From Burkholderiaceae bacterium (GTDB lineage: Bacteria > Pseudomonadota > Gammaproteobacteria > Burkholderiales > Burkholderiaceae_C): a stretch of 64,000 nt of DNA. Positions within the stretch are counted from its first letter, which is position 1. Each line of letters starts with the position of its first letter. Positions 47,124 through 56,780 of this stretch are shown in pieces. Both the position numbers and the translations under genes were made by a program. The notes beneath the pieces are model-generated. The model saw nothing but the letters and a program-made list of their open reading frames with translations, was not told where the DNA came from and ran no database searches. The stretch spans positions 27,407 to 91,406 of the forward strand of contig JAXMFA010000013.1 in assembly GCA_046348065.1 (NCBI GenBank), in the 5' to 3' direction.

Positions 47124-47825
47124 ATGGGTTTCTCGCGCCTGTTCCCGAACCGACCCGGCCACCAGTCAACCGAGGCTGACACGGTGGTGGTGATCGATGT
47201 GCTGCGCTCGTTCACCACGGCGGCGGTGGCGCTGCACCGGGGCGCGGCCGCGGTCTATCCGGTTGACGACCCTGCCGCGGCGCGCGAAGCCTGCGGGCGC
47301 ATCGACCGCGCCGTTTCGGTGGGGGCTTTCGCTGGCGGGGCACCGGTGCCGGGTTTCGACTTTGGCAACTCGCCGTCCGCCTTGGCGCGGGCGGATCTCA
47401 CGGGCCGCCCTGTGGTGATCAGCACCGCCGCGGGCGTGCGCGGCCTGCACCGGTTTCGGCGCGCGCGGCGGGTTTTCGCGGCCAGCCTGGTGTGTGCGGC
47501 GGCGACCGCCGAAGCCATCCGCCGCTCGGGCGCCGATGAGGTGTGCTTCGTCATCACCGGCGAATGGCACGACCGCGACGGCGACGAGGACATCGCGTGC
47601 GCCGACTACATCGAGGCGCTGCTTCGCGGCCACGCGCCGAATCCCGACCGCTTTGCCCGGCGCGTGCGCGAGTCCGATTTCGGCCTGCGCTTTGCCGCCG
47701 CGACCTCGCCCGACCTGCCGGCCGACGACCTGGCCATCGGTGCCGACGTCGATCGCTTCGGCTTCGCGATGCCAGTGGGGGAAGAAGCGGGCGATCTGGT
47801 GATCCGGCCCGTCACACCGCCCTGA
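47124..47825 (+). CDS. 2-phosphosulfolactate phosphatase (ComB) family protein
   Basis: ATG at 47124. VVVIDVLRSFTTAAVAL and DEDIACADYIEALL resemble the ComB family. Confidence 0.7.
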   Translation: MGFSRLFPNRPGHQSTEADTVVVIDVLRSFTTAAVALHRGAAAVYPVDDPAAAREACGRIDRAVSVGAFAGGAPVPGFDFGNSPSALARADLTGRPVVISTAAGVRGLHRFRRARRVFAASLVCAAATAEAIRRSGADEVCFVITGEWHDRDGDEDIACADYIEALLRGHAPNPDRFARRVRESDFGLRFAAATSPDLPADDLAIGADVDRFGFAMPVGEEAGDLVIRPVTPP

Positions 47826-47838
47826 AAGGGGCCTGGAA

Positions 47839-47906
47839 GGGCGTTTTCGAGGTGTTATTGGCCTCTTTCCAGCGTCGGATGGCCACGGGCCGCTATCAGA
47901 TCAGGA
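47839..47906 (+). repeat. R65 dispersed intergenic element, copy i
   Basis: gggcgttttcgaggtgttattggcctctttccagcgtcggatggccacgggccgctatcagatcaggag. Its 3' end contains the stop (47901-47903) of the minus-strand kinase gene. Confidence 0.8.
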
Positions 47907-49391
47907 GTGATCGGCGCCGGGCAAGGGGGTCTTGCGGCGCGCTGCCAGGCCCGCCAGTGCCAGCGCATGCACGTTCACCCGCGCGCGCAACCGGATCGCC
48001 AGCAGGTACAGGCCGCCGAACTTGCGCTGCAGCAGCATGGCGTCGGACGGTGGCAGCTGCCAGAAGTCGCGGTCCAGGCCCAGTGCGATGCCGCGCTCGC
48101 GCAGGCGCACGAGCACGTCGGAGCTGCCGAAGTCATACGGGCCTTCGAGCGTGAAGGGCTCCAGCGCCATCTCGCCCATGTCGAGCACGGTCTGGCGATG
48201 GCGGTCTTCGGTGGCGGCGTCGTAGTAGCCGATGGCCAGCGCGGCGGTGTGCATCTGCTCGCGGTCGCGGGCCATCGCGCCTTTGATCAGGCGGCGGAAA
48301 TCCTGGCTCATAGAGGCCTTGAACGGCCGGGTGGCGCCGAAGTCGAGCAGGATCAGCCGCCCCGTTTCGGGCTCGAAGCGGTAGTTGGCGAAGTTCGGGT
48401 CGGTCTGGACCAGGCGGAACTCGAACAGCTCGCGCAGCAGCAGCGCGAACAGCAGGGTCATGACGCGGTCGCGCTCGGCCTGTGGCGCATCCACCAGCGT
48501 TTCGATCGGCACGCCCCCGACCCGCGTCATGGCCAGCACCCGCGCGGTGGTCAGCTCGGCGTGCAGGCGCGGCAGCGTGTAATCGGGCGCGTCGGCCAGC
48601 AGCTCGCCATAGCGGCTCAGGTAGCCGGCCTCGCGCAGGTAGTCGGCCTCGTCGTGAAGCTGGCGCTTGGCGTCGCGCAGCAGGGGTGCGAGGTCCAGCG
48701 CCTTGGGCAGCAGGCCCGACATCCGCAGCAGCGCGGCCACGTTGTCCACGTCGCTGTCGATGCTCTCCACCACGCCGGGATACTGGATCTTGATCGCGAG
48801 GTCGTGCCCGTCGCGGGTCAGCGCGCGGTGCACCTGGCCGATGGAGGCCGCGGCCAACGGGGTCCAGTGGAAGCGCCTGAAGCCTTGCTCCCAGCCGGCG
48901 CCCCATTGTTCGTCGAGCACGCTTTTGACCTGGGCCCTGGGCATGGCGCGGGCGTCGGAGCGCAGCCGCCCCAGAATCTCGGCCAGCGCCGGGGGCAGCA
49001 GGTCGGCCGATTCCATCGAGACCAGCTGGCCGACCTTCATCGCCGCACCCCGCAGCTTGGCCAGCTGGTCGGCCATGCGGCGCGCGTTGGCCGGCGTCAG
49101 CAGCAGGTCTTTCATGGCCGGGCGTTGGCCCTGCGCCAGCCGGCGCGCGCCCTCGGCGACCATGCCGCCGGCGATGCCGGTGGCCATCCAGCCCAGCCGC
49201 GCCAGGCGGGCGCCGCGGCCGCCCGGCACGGCCAGCGTGGGCGCGGGGTTTTCCGGGGTGTGTTCGTCGGGCAAGCGGGTATCCTCGGTGGGCGGCGAAG
49301 CGGGTGGGTCGATGATGGCCCATGCCAGGGGTGCCGGGTGTCCCCGATTCTCCGATTTCTCCGATTCATCGGCCGAAACCCGGCCTTTCAA
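47901..49391 (-). CDS. ABC1/AarF/UbiB atypical kinase family protein
   Basis: KLRGAAMKVGQLVS, AAASIGQVHRA, LAIKIQYPGV and DPNFANY motifs. The true start may be downstream of 49391. Confidence 0.85.
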   Translation of the reverse strand: MKGRVSADESEKSENRGHPAPLAWAIIDPPASPPTEDTRLPDEHTPENPAPTLAVPGGRGARLARLGWMATGIAGGMVAEGARRLAQGQRPAMKDLLLTPANARRMADQLAKLRGAAMKVGQLVSMESADLLPPALAEILGRLRSDARAMPRAQVKSVLDEQWGAGWEQGFRRFHWTPLAAASIGQVHRALTRDGHDLAIKIQYPGVVESIDSDVDNVAALLRMSGLLPKALDLAPLLRDAKRQLHDEADYLREAGYLSRYGELLADAPDYTLPRLHAELTTARVLAMTRVGGVPIETLVDAPQAERDRVMTLLFALLLRELFEFRLVQTDPNFANYRFEPETGRLILLDFGATRPFKASMSQDFRRLIKGAMARDREQMHTAALAIGYYDAATEDRHRQTVLDMGEMALEPFTLEGPYDFGSSDVLVRLRERGIALGLDRDFWQLPPSDAMLLQRKFGGLYLLAIRLRARVNVHALALAGLAARRKTPLPGADHS

Positions 49392-49421
49392 GCGCCCGCA
49401 GCGGGCATGGGGAGCGTCCTG

Positions 49422-51845
49422 ATGCTGAAATTTCTCAAATGGATCGTGGTCGGCCTGCTCGGGCTGGTGGTGCTGGCGGCCGTGGCGGCCTACATCCTGG
49501 TGCGCTCGTCAGGGCATCCGAAGGTGGACGGTGAGCTGCGGATGGCCGGGTTGACCGGGCCCGTCAAGGTGCTCCGCGACGAACTGGGCGTGCCCTACAT
49601 TTTCGCCGCCAACACGCCCGACCTGCTGCGGGCGCAGGGCTTTGTGACGGCCCAGAACCGGCTGTTGCAGATGGAGCTGTTCCGGGCCACCTGGCGCGGC
49701 GAACTGGCCGCCACCTTCGGACCCGACGCGCTGCCCAGCGATGTGCGCATGCGGGTGCTGGGCATGCGCCGCAACGGCGACCGCCATGCGCAGAAGCTCG
49801 ACGCCGCCTCGCGCGCCTTCCTGCAGGCCTACGTGGACGGGGTGAACGCCTACGTCAACGACCAGGGCAACGACCACCCGATCGAGCTCAAGGTGGCGGG
49901 CCTGAAACCCAGCCCCTGGAGCGTGGCCGACCTGGTGACCCTGGTCCATTTCGTCCACTACACCCATTCGACCAACTTCAAGGCCGAGATCGTGGGCCAG
50001 AAGCTGATCGACAAGCTGGGTCTGGCGCGCGCCAGGGAGATCATGCCGCTGACCGTGAACCCGGACTGGGGGCAGGTCCCGCCCGCGCCCGGTCCCACGG
50101 CGCAGTCCGGCGCGCCTGGCGAGCGGCTGGGCGTGCAATGGGCCCATCTGCTGGTGGCGCCCGAGACGCTGAACCACCAGGGCCTGGGTTCCAACAACTG
50201 GGCGGTCGGCCCCAGCCGCTCGGCCTCGGGCAAGGCCATCGTGGCCAACGATCCGCACCTCGACAGCCGCATCCTGCCGGGCTACTGGCACCCGGTGGGG
50301 CTGTTCACGCCCGAGATCCAGGCCGTCGGCGCCGCGTTGCCCGGCATGCCCGGCATCCTGGTCGGGCGCACGAAGCACGTGGCCTTCGGCGTGACCAATG
50401 CCTACGGCGACGTGCAGGACGTCTACATCGAAACCCTGGACCCGGCCGACAAGAACCGCTACCTCCAGGGCGGCCGGAGCACGCCCTTCACCGTGGTCGA
50501 CGAGACGATTCGCATCAAGGACAAGGCCGCGCCCGGCGGCGTGCGTGAGCAGCCGCTGCGCATCCGCTACACCGTGCGCGGGCCGGTCATCAGCGACCAC
50601 CCGGGCCTGGGCAGCGGGGGCGACAAGGTACTGGTGCTGCGCTCCACCGACGCCGAAGTGCTCGGCCCTGTCATCGGCATCGAGGGCCTGCTGACCGCGC
50701 CGGACGCCGCCGCCTTCGACCGCGAGGTGCAGAAGATCGACCTGATGATGTTCAACTTCGTGTTCGGCGACGATCAAGGCGTGATTGCCCATCGGGCCAC
50801 TGGAGCGGTACCGGTGCGCGCAGGCGCCGACGGCAGCCTGCCCCGTGTGGCGCCCGCCGACGGCAGCGACGACTGGACCGGCTACATCCCCAAGGACCGC
50901 ATGCCGGGCATGTTCAACCCGCCGCGCGCCTGGGTGGGCACCGGCAACCACGACACCCGGCCCGAGGGTTTTGCGTGGTACTACACCAACTACGTCGCGC
51001 CCGACTACCGCTACCGCCGCATCGGCGAGGTGCTGGGCAGCGCCAAGGGCATGACGGTGAACGACCACTGGAAACTGATGGAGGACAACCGCAACCTGCA
51101 AAGCGACCGCCTGCGCCCGGCCATCGTGGCCGCGCTGAAGGACGACCCCGCGCAGCGGGATCTGGCCGCGCTGCTGGAAAAATGGGACGGCGTGGACCGC
51201 GCCGATCTGGCCGCGCCACTGGTCTACCAGGCCCTGTACCGCGAAATCGCCCTCGGCACGTTCACGAACAAGCTCGGCGACGACGTGGCCAGGGACATGC
51301 TGTCCACCTGGTACTTCTGGCAGCAGCGCTTCGATGTGCTCACCGCCACGCCCGACTCGCCCTGGTTCGACGACCCGGCCACCGCCGACAAGCGCGAAAC
51401 GCTGGCCGACGTGATCCGTGCCGCCGCACCACGCGCCCGCGCGAGCATCGAGGCCCTGCAAGGCAAGGACCCGGCGGCCTGGGCCTGGGGCAAGGCCCAC
51501 ACACTGCGCTTCGTCAGCCCCTTGCGGCGCAATGGCGCCGGGCAGGAACTGCTGGGCGGTTTCACCGTGCAGCGCCCCGGCAGCGGCGAGACGCTGAATC
51601 GCGGCGTGTACGACTTCAAGAAGCCGTACGACGTGAACTTCTTCGATTCGATGCGCCTGGTGGTCGATTTCGCCGACTCCGACAAGATCGACGCGCTGGT
51701 GGCGGGCGGGGTCAGCGAACGGCATTTGCAGCCGCACCAGAACGACCAGGCCCGCCTGCTGGTGGCGGGCGAGCGCCGGTCCTGGTGGTTCAACCCGGCG
51801 AAGGCCGAGGCGGCCGCGAAGTCCACACTGACGCTGAAGCCGTGA
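49422..51845 (+). CDS. penicillin acylase family Ntn-hydrolase, second paralogue, membrane-anchored or secreted
   Basis: ATG at 49422 (MLKFLKWIVVGLLGLVVLAAVAAYIL). Nucleophile junction GSNNWAVG. The 5' 1.5 kb of the 1312-aa track ORF is antisense to the kinase gene. Confidence 0.85.
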   Translation: MLKFLKWIVVGLLGLVVLAAVAAYILVRSSGHPKVDGELRMAGLTGPVKVLRDELGVPYIFAANTPDLLRAQGFVTAQNRLLQMELFRATWRGELAATFGPDALPSDVRMRVLGMRRNGDRHAQKLDAASRAFLQAYVDGVNAYVNDQGNDHPIELKVAGLKPSPWSVADLVTLVHFVHYTHSTNFKAEIVGQKLIDKLGLARAREIMPLTVNPDWGQVPPAPGPTAQSGAPGERLGVQWAHLLVAPETLNHQGLGSNNWAVGPSRSASGKAIVANDPHLDSRILPGYWHPVGLFTPEIQAVGAALPGMPGILVGRTKHVAFGVTNAYGDVQDVYIETLDPADKNRYLQGGRSTPFTVVDETIRIKDKAAPGGVREQPLRIRYTVRGPVISDHPGLGSGGDKVLVLRSTDAEVLGPVIGIEGLLTAPDAAAFDREVQKIDLMMFNFVFGDDQGVIAHRATGAVPVRAGADGSLPRVAPADGSDDWTGYIPKDRMPGMFNPPRAWVGTGNHDTRPEGFAWYYTNYVAPDYRYRRIGEVLGSAKGMTVNDHWKLMEDNRNLQSDRLRPAIVAALKDDPAQRDLAALLEKWDGVDRADLAAPLVYQALYREIALGTFTNKLGDDVARDMLSTWYFWQQRFDVLTATPDSPWFDDPATADKRETLADVIRAAAPRARASIEALQGKDPAAWAWGKAHTLRFVSPLRRNGAGQELLGGFTVQRPGSGETLNRGVYDFKKPYDVNFFDSMRLVVDFADSDKIDALVAGGVSERHLQPHQNDQARLLVAGERRSWWFNPAKAEAAAKSTLTLKP

Positions 51846-51873
51846 GCGTCTCGATGTCAGACCCGCGCGCGGG

Positions 51874-52791
51874 ATGCCCATGGCGTTGATCCAGCCGCCC
51901 CGATTGCTGCCCGTGCTGGCGGCGACGGTCGGGCTGTTTCGCCATCGACGCTCGGGGCTGAACGATCCGGCGGCGTTGCCGCGCATCGAGCGTTCGCTGG
52001 CGGGTGCCACGCTGGACGCCGACTGGCTCGCGGCTTACCGCGCCAGCGTGGGCTTGCCGGTGGAGCCGGCACTGCCGCCGCTGGCGCTGCAGATCGCGGC
52101 CGCGCCGCTGCACATGGCCATCCTGGGCGATCCGCGCTTTCCGTTTCGGGCCCTGGGCCTGGTGCACCTCACGCAGCGCATCACGCAGACCGCGCCGATG
52201 CCGGCGGACGCGCGCTTCGAACTGCGCGCCTTCTGCGCCGACGGGCGCTGGGAAAAGCGGGGCATGAGCTTTGGCCTGGTGACCGAGGCCATCGTCGAAG
52301 GCGCGCGGGTCTGGCGGGGCGAGACCCGTGCGCTGGCACCGGGCAAGACACAGGCGCTGGTGTCGGCATCGGCGGATTCCTCCGTGGCGGCCGAAGAACC
52401 GGCGGGCGTTTGCGGGTGCGACCAGGTGCTGTCGGTCGCGGAATCCACTGGCCGCCGCTATGCCGCCATCGCGGGCGACCTGAACCCGATCCACCAGCAC
52501 GCGCTGCTGGCGCGCCTGTTCGGCTTTCGGCGCGCGATCGTGCACGGCACCTGGACGCTGGCCCGCGCCCTCGCCGTGGCGGGGCTGCCGGATGCCCCGG
52601 CGTTCACACTGGACGCACGCTTCCGCCGGCCGGTGGAACTGCCGTCCGACATCCGGGTGCGCGCGTGGAGCGGTGCACCCGCTGGCCCCGGCCTGCCGCC
52701 CGGCGGGGCGCACCGGGTGTGGGTGAGTTCGCAGTCCAGCGGCAAGCTCTGCCTGGATATCGACCTGCAGGCATCCCCGGCCGCGTCCTGA
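51874..52791 (+). CDS. MaoC-like (hot-dog fold) dehydratase domain protein
   Basis: YAAIAGDLNPIHQHALLARLFGFRRAIVHGTW hydratase motif in the C-terminal half. Confidence 0.75.
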   Translation: MPMALIQPPRLLPVLAATVGLFRHRRSGLNDPAALPRIERSLAGATLDADWLAAYRASVGLPVEPALPPLALQIAAAPLHMAILGDPRFPFRALGLVHLTQRITQTAPMPADARFELRAFCADGRWEKRGMSFGLVTEAIVEGARVWRGETRALAPGKTQALVSASADSSVAAEEPAGVCGCDQVLSVAESTGRRYAAIAGDLNPIHQHALLARLFGFRRAIVHGTWTLARALAVAGLPDAPAFTLDARFRRPVELPSDIRVRAWSGAPAGPGLPPGGAHRVWVSSQSSGKLCLDIDLQASPAAS

Positions 52792-52797
52792 GCCGCT

Positions 52798-52906
52798 CAT
52801 ACGGATTCGCCTTCAAACGTATAACTTCGTTGCTTCGCCTCGCCGTGCTACAGCACTGTCTTCGGCTTCGCGCCTTGTTCTACGCTTGAATGCAAACCCG
52901 TATCAG
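52798..52906 (+). repeat. R109 element copy 4 of 4
   Basis: catacggattcgcc...cccgtatcag. The terminal tca (52903-52905) is the stop codon of the minus-strand M23 gene. Confidence 0.9.
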
Positions 52907-53931
52907 TTGGCGGGCGCTTCGGCCGCGATGTTCAGCGAGAACGCCTGGCTGAACACCCGCTGGCCCGCGTTGGTGACCTGGTACTCCGCGCGGTAGGTTC
53001 CGGCCGGCCAGGGGGCGGACGCCCGTTTGCGCCCGATCAGGCTCAGGCTCTGCGCCTGGGCCCGCTCCAGGGCCGGCTGTTGGCGTTCGGCGATCACGGT
53101 GCCGTCCGGCGCGCGCAAGGTCAGCCGTGCGGCATCGCCGGGCTCCAGGCCGATCATGCGCACCCAGGCCACCAGCGCGGAGCTCTGCCCGTTGGGCCTC
53201 CCCGCGTCGGGTGGCAGGTTCTCGACCTCGGCCATCGTGAGCGCCCGGTCGCTGAAGCCGTGGTTCAGCAGCACACGGCGGCGGTACGCCAGCGCCTGGG
53301 CGGTCGCCGCATCCCACAGCGTCTGGCCGGACCCGCAGGCGCCGGCCACCGGCGCGGGCGCGAACGGGTCGACCGCCTTGCCCTGGCGGCGGATCGTCAG
53401 GTGCAGGTGCGGGAATTCGGTCAGGCCCGACAGGCCGACCAGCCCGAGCCGCTCGCCGGCGCGCACCGTCTGGCCGCGCCGCACCGCGACGCTGCCCTGG
53501 GCCAGATGGCAGTACTGTGTCTCCCAGCCATCGGCGTGGCGCAGCACCAGGCCGTTGCCGCATTCGCGGTTCTTGACGGCTTCCTTGCCGGTCTCGCGGA
53601 TCGACACGTCGGTCATGCCGTCGCGCACACCAGCGACCACGCCGTCGGCGGCCGCCAGCACCGCCACGCCCGCGCGCACCGCTGCCATCGAGGGCACGCG
53701 AAAATCGGTGCCGTCGTGCCCGTCGTACGTGCGCGCGCCGCAGGCGTAGTCGCGCCAGGCCGGCGACGGATCGTGGTCGACATAGTTCTGCACGAAACAG
53801 CTGGCGCCGGGTACACAGTCGATGGGCAAGGCAAAACGCGGCCCCTGCGCCCCCTCGTTCGCCAGGGCCGCCGGCATCCCGCCCAGGAGCGCCCAGGCCA
53901 GGAAAAACGGTGCAAAACGGCTAGAAATCAT
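52903..53931 (-). CDS. M23 family metallopeptidase, secreted
   Basis: Signal peptide, HDGTDF (HxxxD) and FPHLHLTI (HxH) zinc motifs. Confidence 0.85.
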   Translation of the reverse strand: MISSRFAPFFLAWALLGGMPAALANEGAQGPRFALPIDCVPGASCFVQNYVDHDPSPAWRDYACGARTYDGHDGTDFRVPSMAAVRAGVAVLAAADGVVAGVRDGMTDVSIRETGKEAVKNRECGNGLVLRHADGWETQYCHLAQGSVAVRRGQTVRAGERLGLVGLSGLTEFPHLHLTIRRQGKAVDPFAPAPVAGACGSGQTLWDAATAQALAYRRRVLLNHGFSDRALTMAEVENLPPDAGRPNGQSSALVAWVRMIGLEPGDAARLTLRAPDGTVIAERQQPALERAQAQSLSLIGRKRASAPWPAGTYRAEYQVTNAGQRVFSQAFSLNIAAEAPAN

Positions 53932-53997
53932 GGTTTTTCAGCATGAAATATGGCTCTTTCCAGCGTCGGACGGCCACGACATGCTATCAATTCAGGA
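53929..53997 (+). repeat. R65 dispersed intergenic element, copy j (left flank of CRISPR-Cas cassette)
   Basis: catggtttttcagcatgaaatatggctctttccagcgtcggacggccacgacatgctatcaattcagga. Shares the cgacatgctatca-ttcagga variant only with copy k. Confidence 0.8.
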
Positions 53998-54216
53998 TTT
54001 TCTGTGACGACCGACGGCTCATTTTCACCCTGTTGACTGAGGCATCGATGCCCGTCCGGGCCGACAACCCGACAGGCGATGATGAAATCCTCCGGTATTC
54101 AAGTCTCAATAACGCCGCGACTCGCCGTCCCAAGGCAAGCCGAGTTCGCGGCTCGCCGATTTCCGGGCGCCGAACTGACAATAATGAATGTCCTGTCACA
54201 CCCCCACGGAGGCCCC

Positions 54217-55368
54217 ATGGCGAACACCGATTTGTACGAATCCCTCTTGTCCGCAGCCGAGCATGCATCGGCCATCACCTTGCGGGCCAACCTGATCCCG
54301 GCTAATGCCGTCGCCGGCGATGAAAAGTTCTTTGTGCTGCCTCCGACCTATGCCGAGGTTGGCCATCTGGCATCGCACATCCGGGAAGACGGAACGCACG
54401 AGTACATCCTGATCGACTCGCCGCAAAGCTGGGCCAACCGGCTCGAAGAATTGCTCGACCGCCCCGAGGTTGGCGTGGCGCCCATCCGGGTGCAGGCAGC
54501 GGGCCACACGCTGAGCATCAACCAGTTGCCGCACCGGGTGTTCGATGCCCTGCTGCGAGACTCCGAACTCGACGGCAAGGCGTTTCGCGAAACCGCCCTG
54601 GGACAGTCACTGACGCAGGCCCGCGCCGACAACGCGACCGCTTTGTTGCAAAGCGCGCCGGGCACGCTGCTGTTCGGCGCCTGGGACAGCTTTGCAGGCG
54701 CTCGCATGGGCGCTGCCAAATGGCCGGCGGCGCTGTCGGGGCAGATCATGGGTTTTGACGCCCTGCAGACCAAAAAGGCGGGCATCCGGATGGACCCGCT
54801 CAACATTGCCAAAGACGCCGTGACGGGCTTCAAGTCGGAAAGCCGGGCCGAGAGCTGGACCACCGACGAAACCCATGCCGTGAAAGACCCGAAAGGCAAC
54901 CCCGTACCCGTGGGCAAGGCGTCGGAAATCGGGCATGGCCACATCCTCGCGGAACTGGCCACCAAGGGGGCCTGGGTCAGCCGGATCGAACTACGCTCGT
55001 CGCTGTCGCTGACCCGCTTGCGCCGCTACCACTTTCCGGTCAATGGCCAGCCGAGCGAAGCCGCCGACCTGGCGGCGCGCACCTACCTGGCGGCCCTGGC
55101 CCTTTGGCTGATGCACACCCGCATGATGGCCGGGCTGGAACTGCGGGCCGGCGCTGAACTCGACGCGACCGAAGCCACCTTCCTGGTGCGAAAGCCGCTG
55201 GAGGGCGATGTGGCCCTGTCACTTTCAGGCGACGCGGTGGCGCAGGCCCTGGCCAAGGCCATCGCAAAGGCCCGCGAGGCTGGCTTCACGTTTGCCGGCC
55301 CCACCGTGTTTGCCGCGTCGGCCCGGCTCACCCGGCTCATCGAAACCAGCGAAGCCCTGAACCAATGA
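54217..55368 (+). CDS. csb1: type I-U/I-G CRISPR-associated Cas7-like protein (Csb1-like)
   Basis: ATG at 54217 with GGAGG RBS. LLFGAWDSFAGARMGAAKWPAALSGQIMG resembles the Csb1/Cas7u core. Position is immediately upstream of, and translationally coupled (ATGA) to, csb2. Confidence 0.7.
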   Translation: MANTDLYESLLSAAEHASAITLRANLIPANAVAGDEKFFVLPPTYAEVGHLASHIREDGTHEYILIDSPQSWANRLEELLDRPEVGVAPIRVQAAGHTLSINQLPHRVFDALLRDSELDGKAFRETALGQSLTQARADNATALLQSAPGTLLFGAWDSFAGARMGAAKWPAALSGQIMGFDALQTKKAGIRMDPLNIAKDAVTGFKSESRAESWTTDETHAVKDPKGNPVPVGKASEIGHGHILAELATKGAWVSRIELRSSLSLTRLRRYHFPVNGQPSEAADLAARTYLAALALWLMHTRMMAGLELRAGAELDATEATFLVRKPLEGDVALSLSGDAVAQALAKAIAKAREAGFTFAGPTVFAASARLTRLIETSEALNQ

Positions 55369-56645
55369 AGCTCACCGTCGAGTTTCTGGGCCTGTACGGC
55401 GCGGCCGATGTGGCGTCACGTGCTCAGGTGGAATGGCCCCCGCACCCGGACCGGCTCTACCAGGCACTGGTCGATGCCGCGCTGCCCGAAGACCGCCCAG
55501 CCCTGGCCTGGATCGAAGAACAGGGCCCGCCCGACGTGGACTGCGGCGACAGCGTCGCGCTGCACTGGGGGCGCAAGGGCAAGGTCTTTGTGCCCACCAA
55601 CTACCCCAGCGACACCTTGCCGGCCCTGCGCAAGAACCAGGAGCGGCAGTTCCCCATGGCCTTGCCGGACGGCCCCGTGCGCTATGTCTGGGCGGCAGAC
55701 CCGCCCAAGCCCGTCTACGAATGCATTCGCCGCTCGGTGGGGCGGGTCACACACCTGGGGCGCGCCGACTCGCTGGTGATGGCCGCGCTGGAGCCGGGCG
55801 CGTCCGCGTGCCGCTGGACCGCACGCGACGACGGGACGCTGACGATGCGCGTGCCATTTCGCGGGCGGTTGCGGCAACTGGATGCCGCGTTTGAAAGCCA
55901 ACAGCGCAGCGCCCTGGCGCCGGCCGTACGGTATGGCAACTCGGCCGAGCGCGCGCAACAGGGCCCGTGGGAAGGGTTGATCGTGATGCGCGTGGCCAAA
56001 CCCGTTGCAGTGGAACATGTGGCCCAAGCCACCGATGCGCTGCGCCGGGCGGTGCTGTCGCGTCTGGGGGACGACGCCCCGCTGCTGGCGCATGGCCATG
56101 CCCAGGCCATGCATCTCGCCTGGCTGGGTTTGCCCAATCTCAGCGACTACGGCGACGGCACGATTCTGGGTCTGGCGATGGCGGTGCCTCGTGACTGTTA
56201 CAGCCTGGAGCGTGCCCGCTGCGTGGGGGCGATGCTCTCGGTGGACCACATCATGCTGGCCGGCTTGCGGATCAACCTGACCCGGCCGAACGCAGCGATG
56301 TCCTTGCACGAACGCACCTGGAGCCGCCCCAGCCGTTGCTGGGCGTCGGCCACGCCGCTGGTGCTGGACCGCTTTCCCAAGGGCAAGCTCACGGCCGAAG
56401 AGATCGTGGCCCAGGGTTGCGAGCGTGCCGGCTACCCCCGGCCCAGCCGGGTGGCACTCGCGCAGGTCAGCGCCCTGCCCATGCCGCCAGCGCGGCAGTT
56501 CCGCCTTCGCAAGCCGGGCAGTCTGTACGCTCACGCCACGCTGGAATTCGATCAACCGGTGCAGGGGCCGTTGCTGGTGGGCAAAGAGCGGTACTTTGGC
56601 CTGGGCCTTTTTCTGCCCCACGATGCGCGAGCCCCGAGTGACTGA
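55365..56645 (+). CDS. csb2: type I-U/I-G CRISPR-associated Cas5/Cas6-fusion-like protein (Csb2-like)
   Basis: N-terminus MKLTVEFLGLYGAADVASRAQVEWPPHPDRLYQALVDAAL matches the recalled Csb2 signature (EWPPSPxRLFQALV). C-terminus FGLGLFLP is typical of RAMP G-rich loops. Confidence 0.8.
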   Translation: MKLTVEFLGLYGAADVASRAQVEWPPHPDRLYQALVDAALPEDRPALAWIEEQGPPDVDCGDSVALHWGRKGKVFVPTNYPSDTLPALRKNQERQFPMALPDGPVRYVWAADPPKPVYECIRRSVGRVTHLGRADSLVMAALEPGASACRWTARDDGTLTMRVPFRGRLRQLDAAFESQQRSALAPAVRYGNSAERAQQGPWEGLIVMRVAKPVAVEHVAQATDALRRAVLSRLGDDAPLLAHGHAQAMHLAWLGLPNLSDYGDGTILGLAMAVPRDCYSLERARCVGAMLSVDHIMLAGLRINLTRPNAAMSLHERTWSRPSRCWASATPLVLDRFPKGKLTAEEIVAQGCERAGYPRPSRVALAQVSALPMPPARQFRLRKPGSLYAHATLEFDQPVQGPLLVGKERYFGLGLFLPHDARAPSD

Positions 56646-56780
56646 CGAAAGCCCCGGAGGTTCGCGCACGGTGTTTGCAAACGCGCCCGGTTAGGGGCCG
56701 CTGACTTCTTCATCGGAGGTGGACGGTTCGCGCCAAGTCGGGATGAAATGAAGCTGTGAGAAGGGCTTGGCGGCGATGAG
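56646..56780 (+). promoter_or_regulatory. putative CRISPR leader
   Basis: 135-nt non-coding stretch upstream of the best-conserved repeats. Degenerate repeats lie at the opposite end. Confidence 0.4.

Noticed and set aside
47875-47895. Sigma-54-like GG/GC promoter motif (tggccacgggccgct) in the R65 core
   Set aside because: The GG-to-GC spacing is one nucleotide shorter than the strict TGGCAC-N5-TTGC geometry, and the -12 element is CGCT rather than TTGC. Not convincing.
47907-49421. N-terminal 505 codons of the 1312-aa track ORF 47907..51845
   Set aside because: This part is antisense to the ABC1 kinase gene. The acylase-like sequence with a signal anchor begins at the ATG at 49422.
49509-52010. 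833-aa ORF antisense to acylase paralogue 2
   Set aside because: Shadow ORF. The sense strand has the Ntn-acylase GSNNWAVG junction.
53998-54216. Track ORFs in the cas upstream region (53943..54305 plus strand, 54099..54290 minus strand, and the MMKSSG extension of csb1 from 54079)
   Set aside because: They have no RBS, run through the R65 repeat or the promoter region, and lack coding-like composition. The csb1 start at 54217 has a GGAGG RBS.
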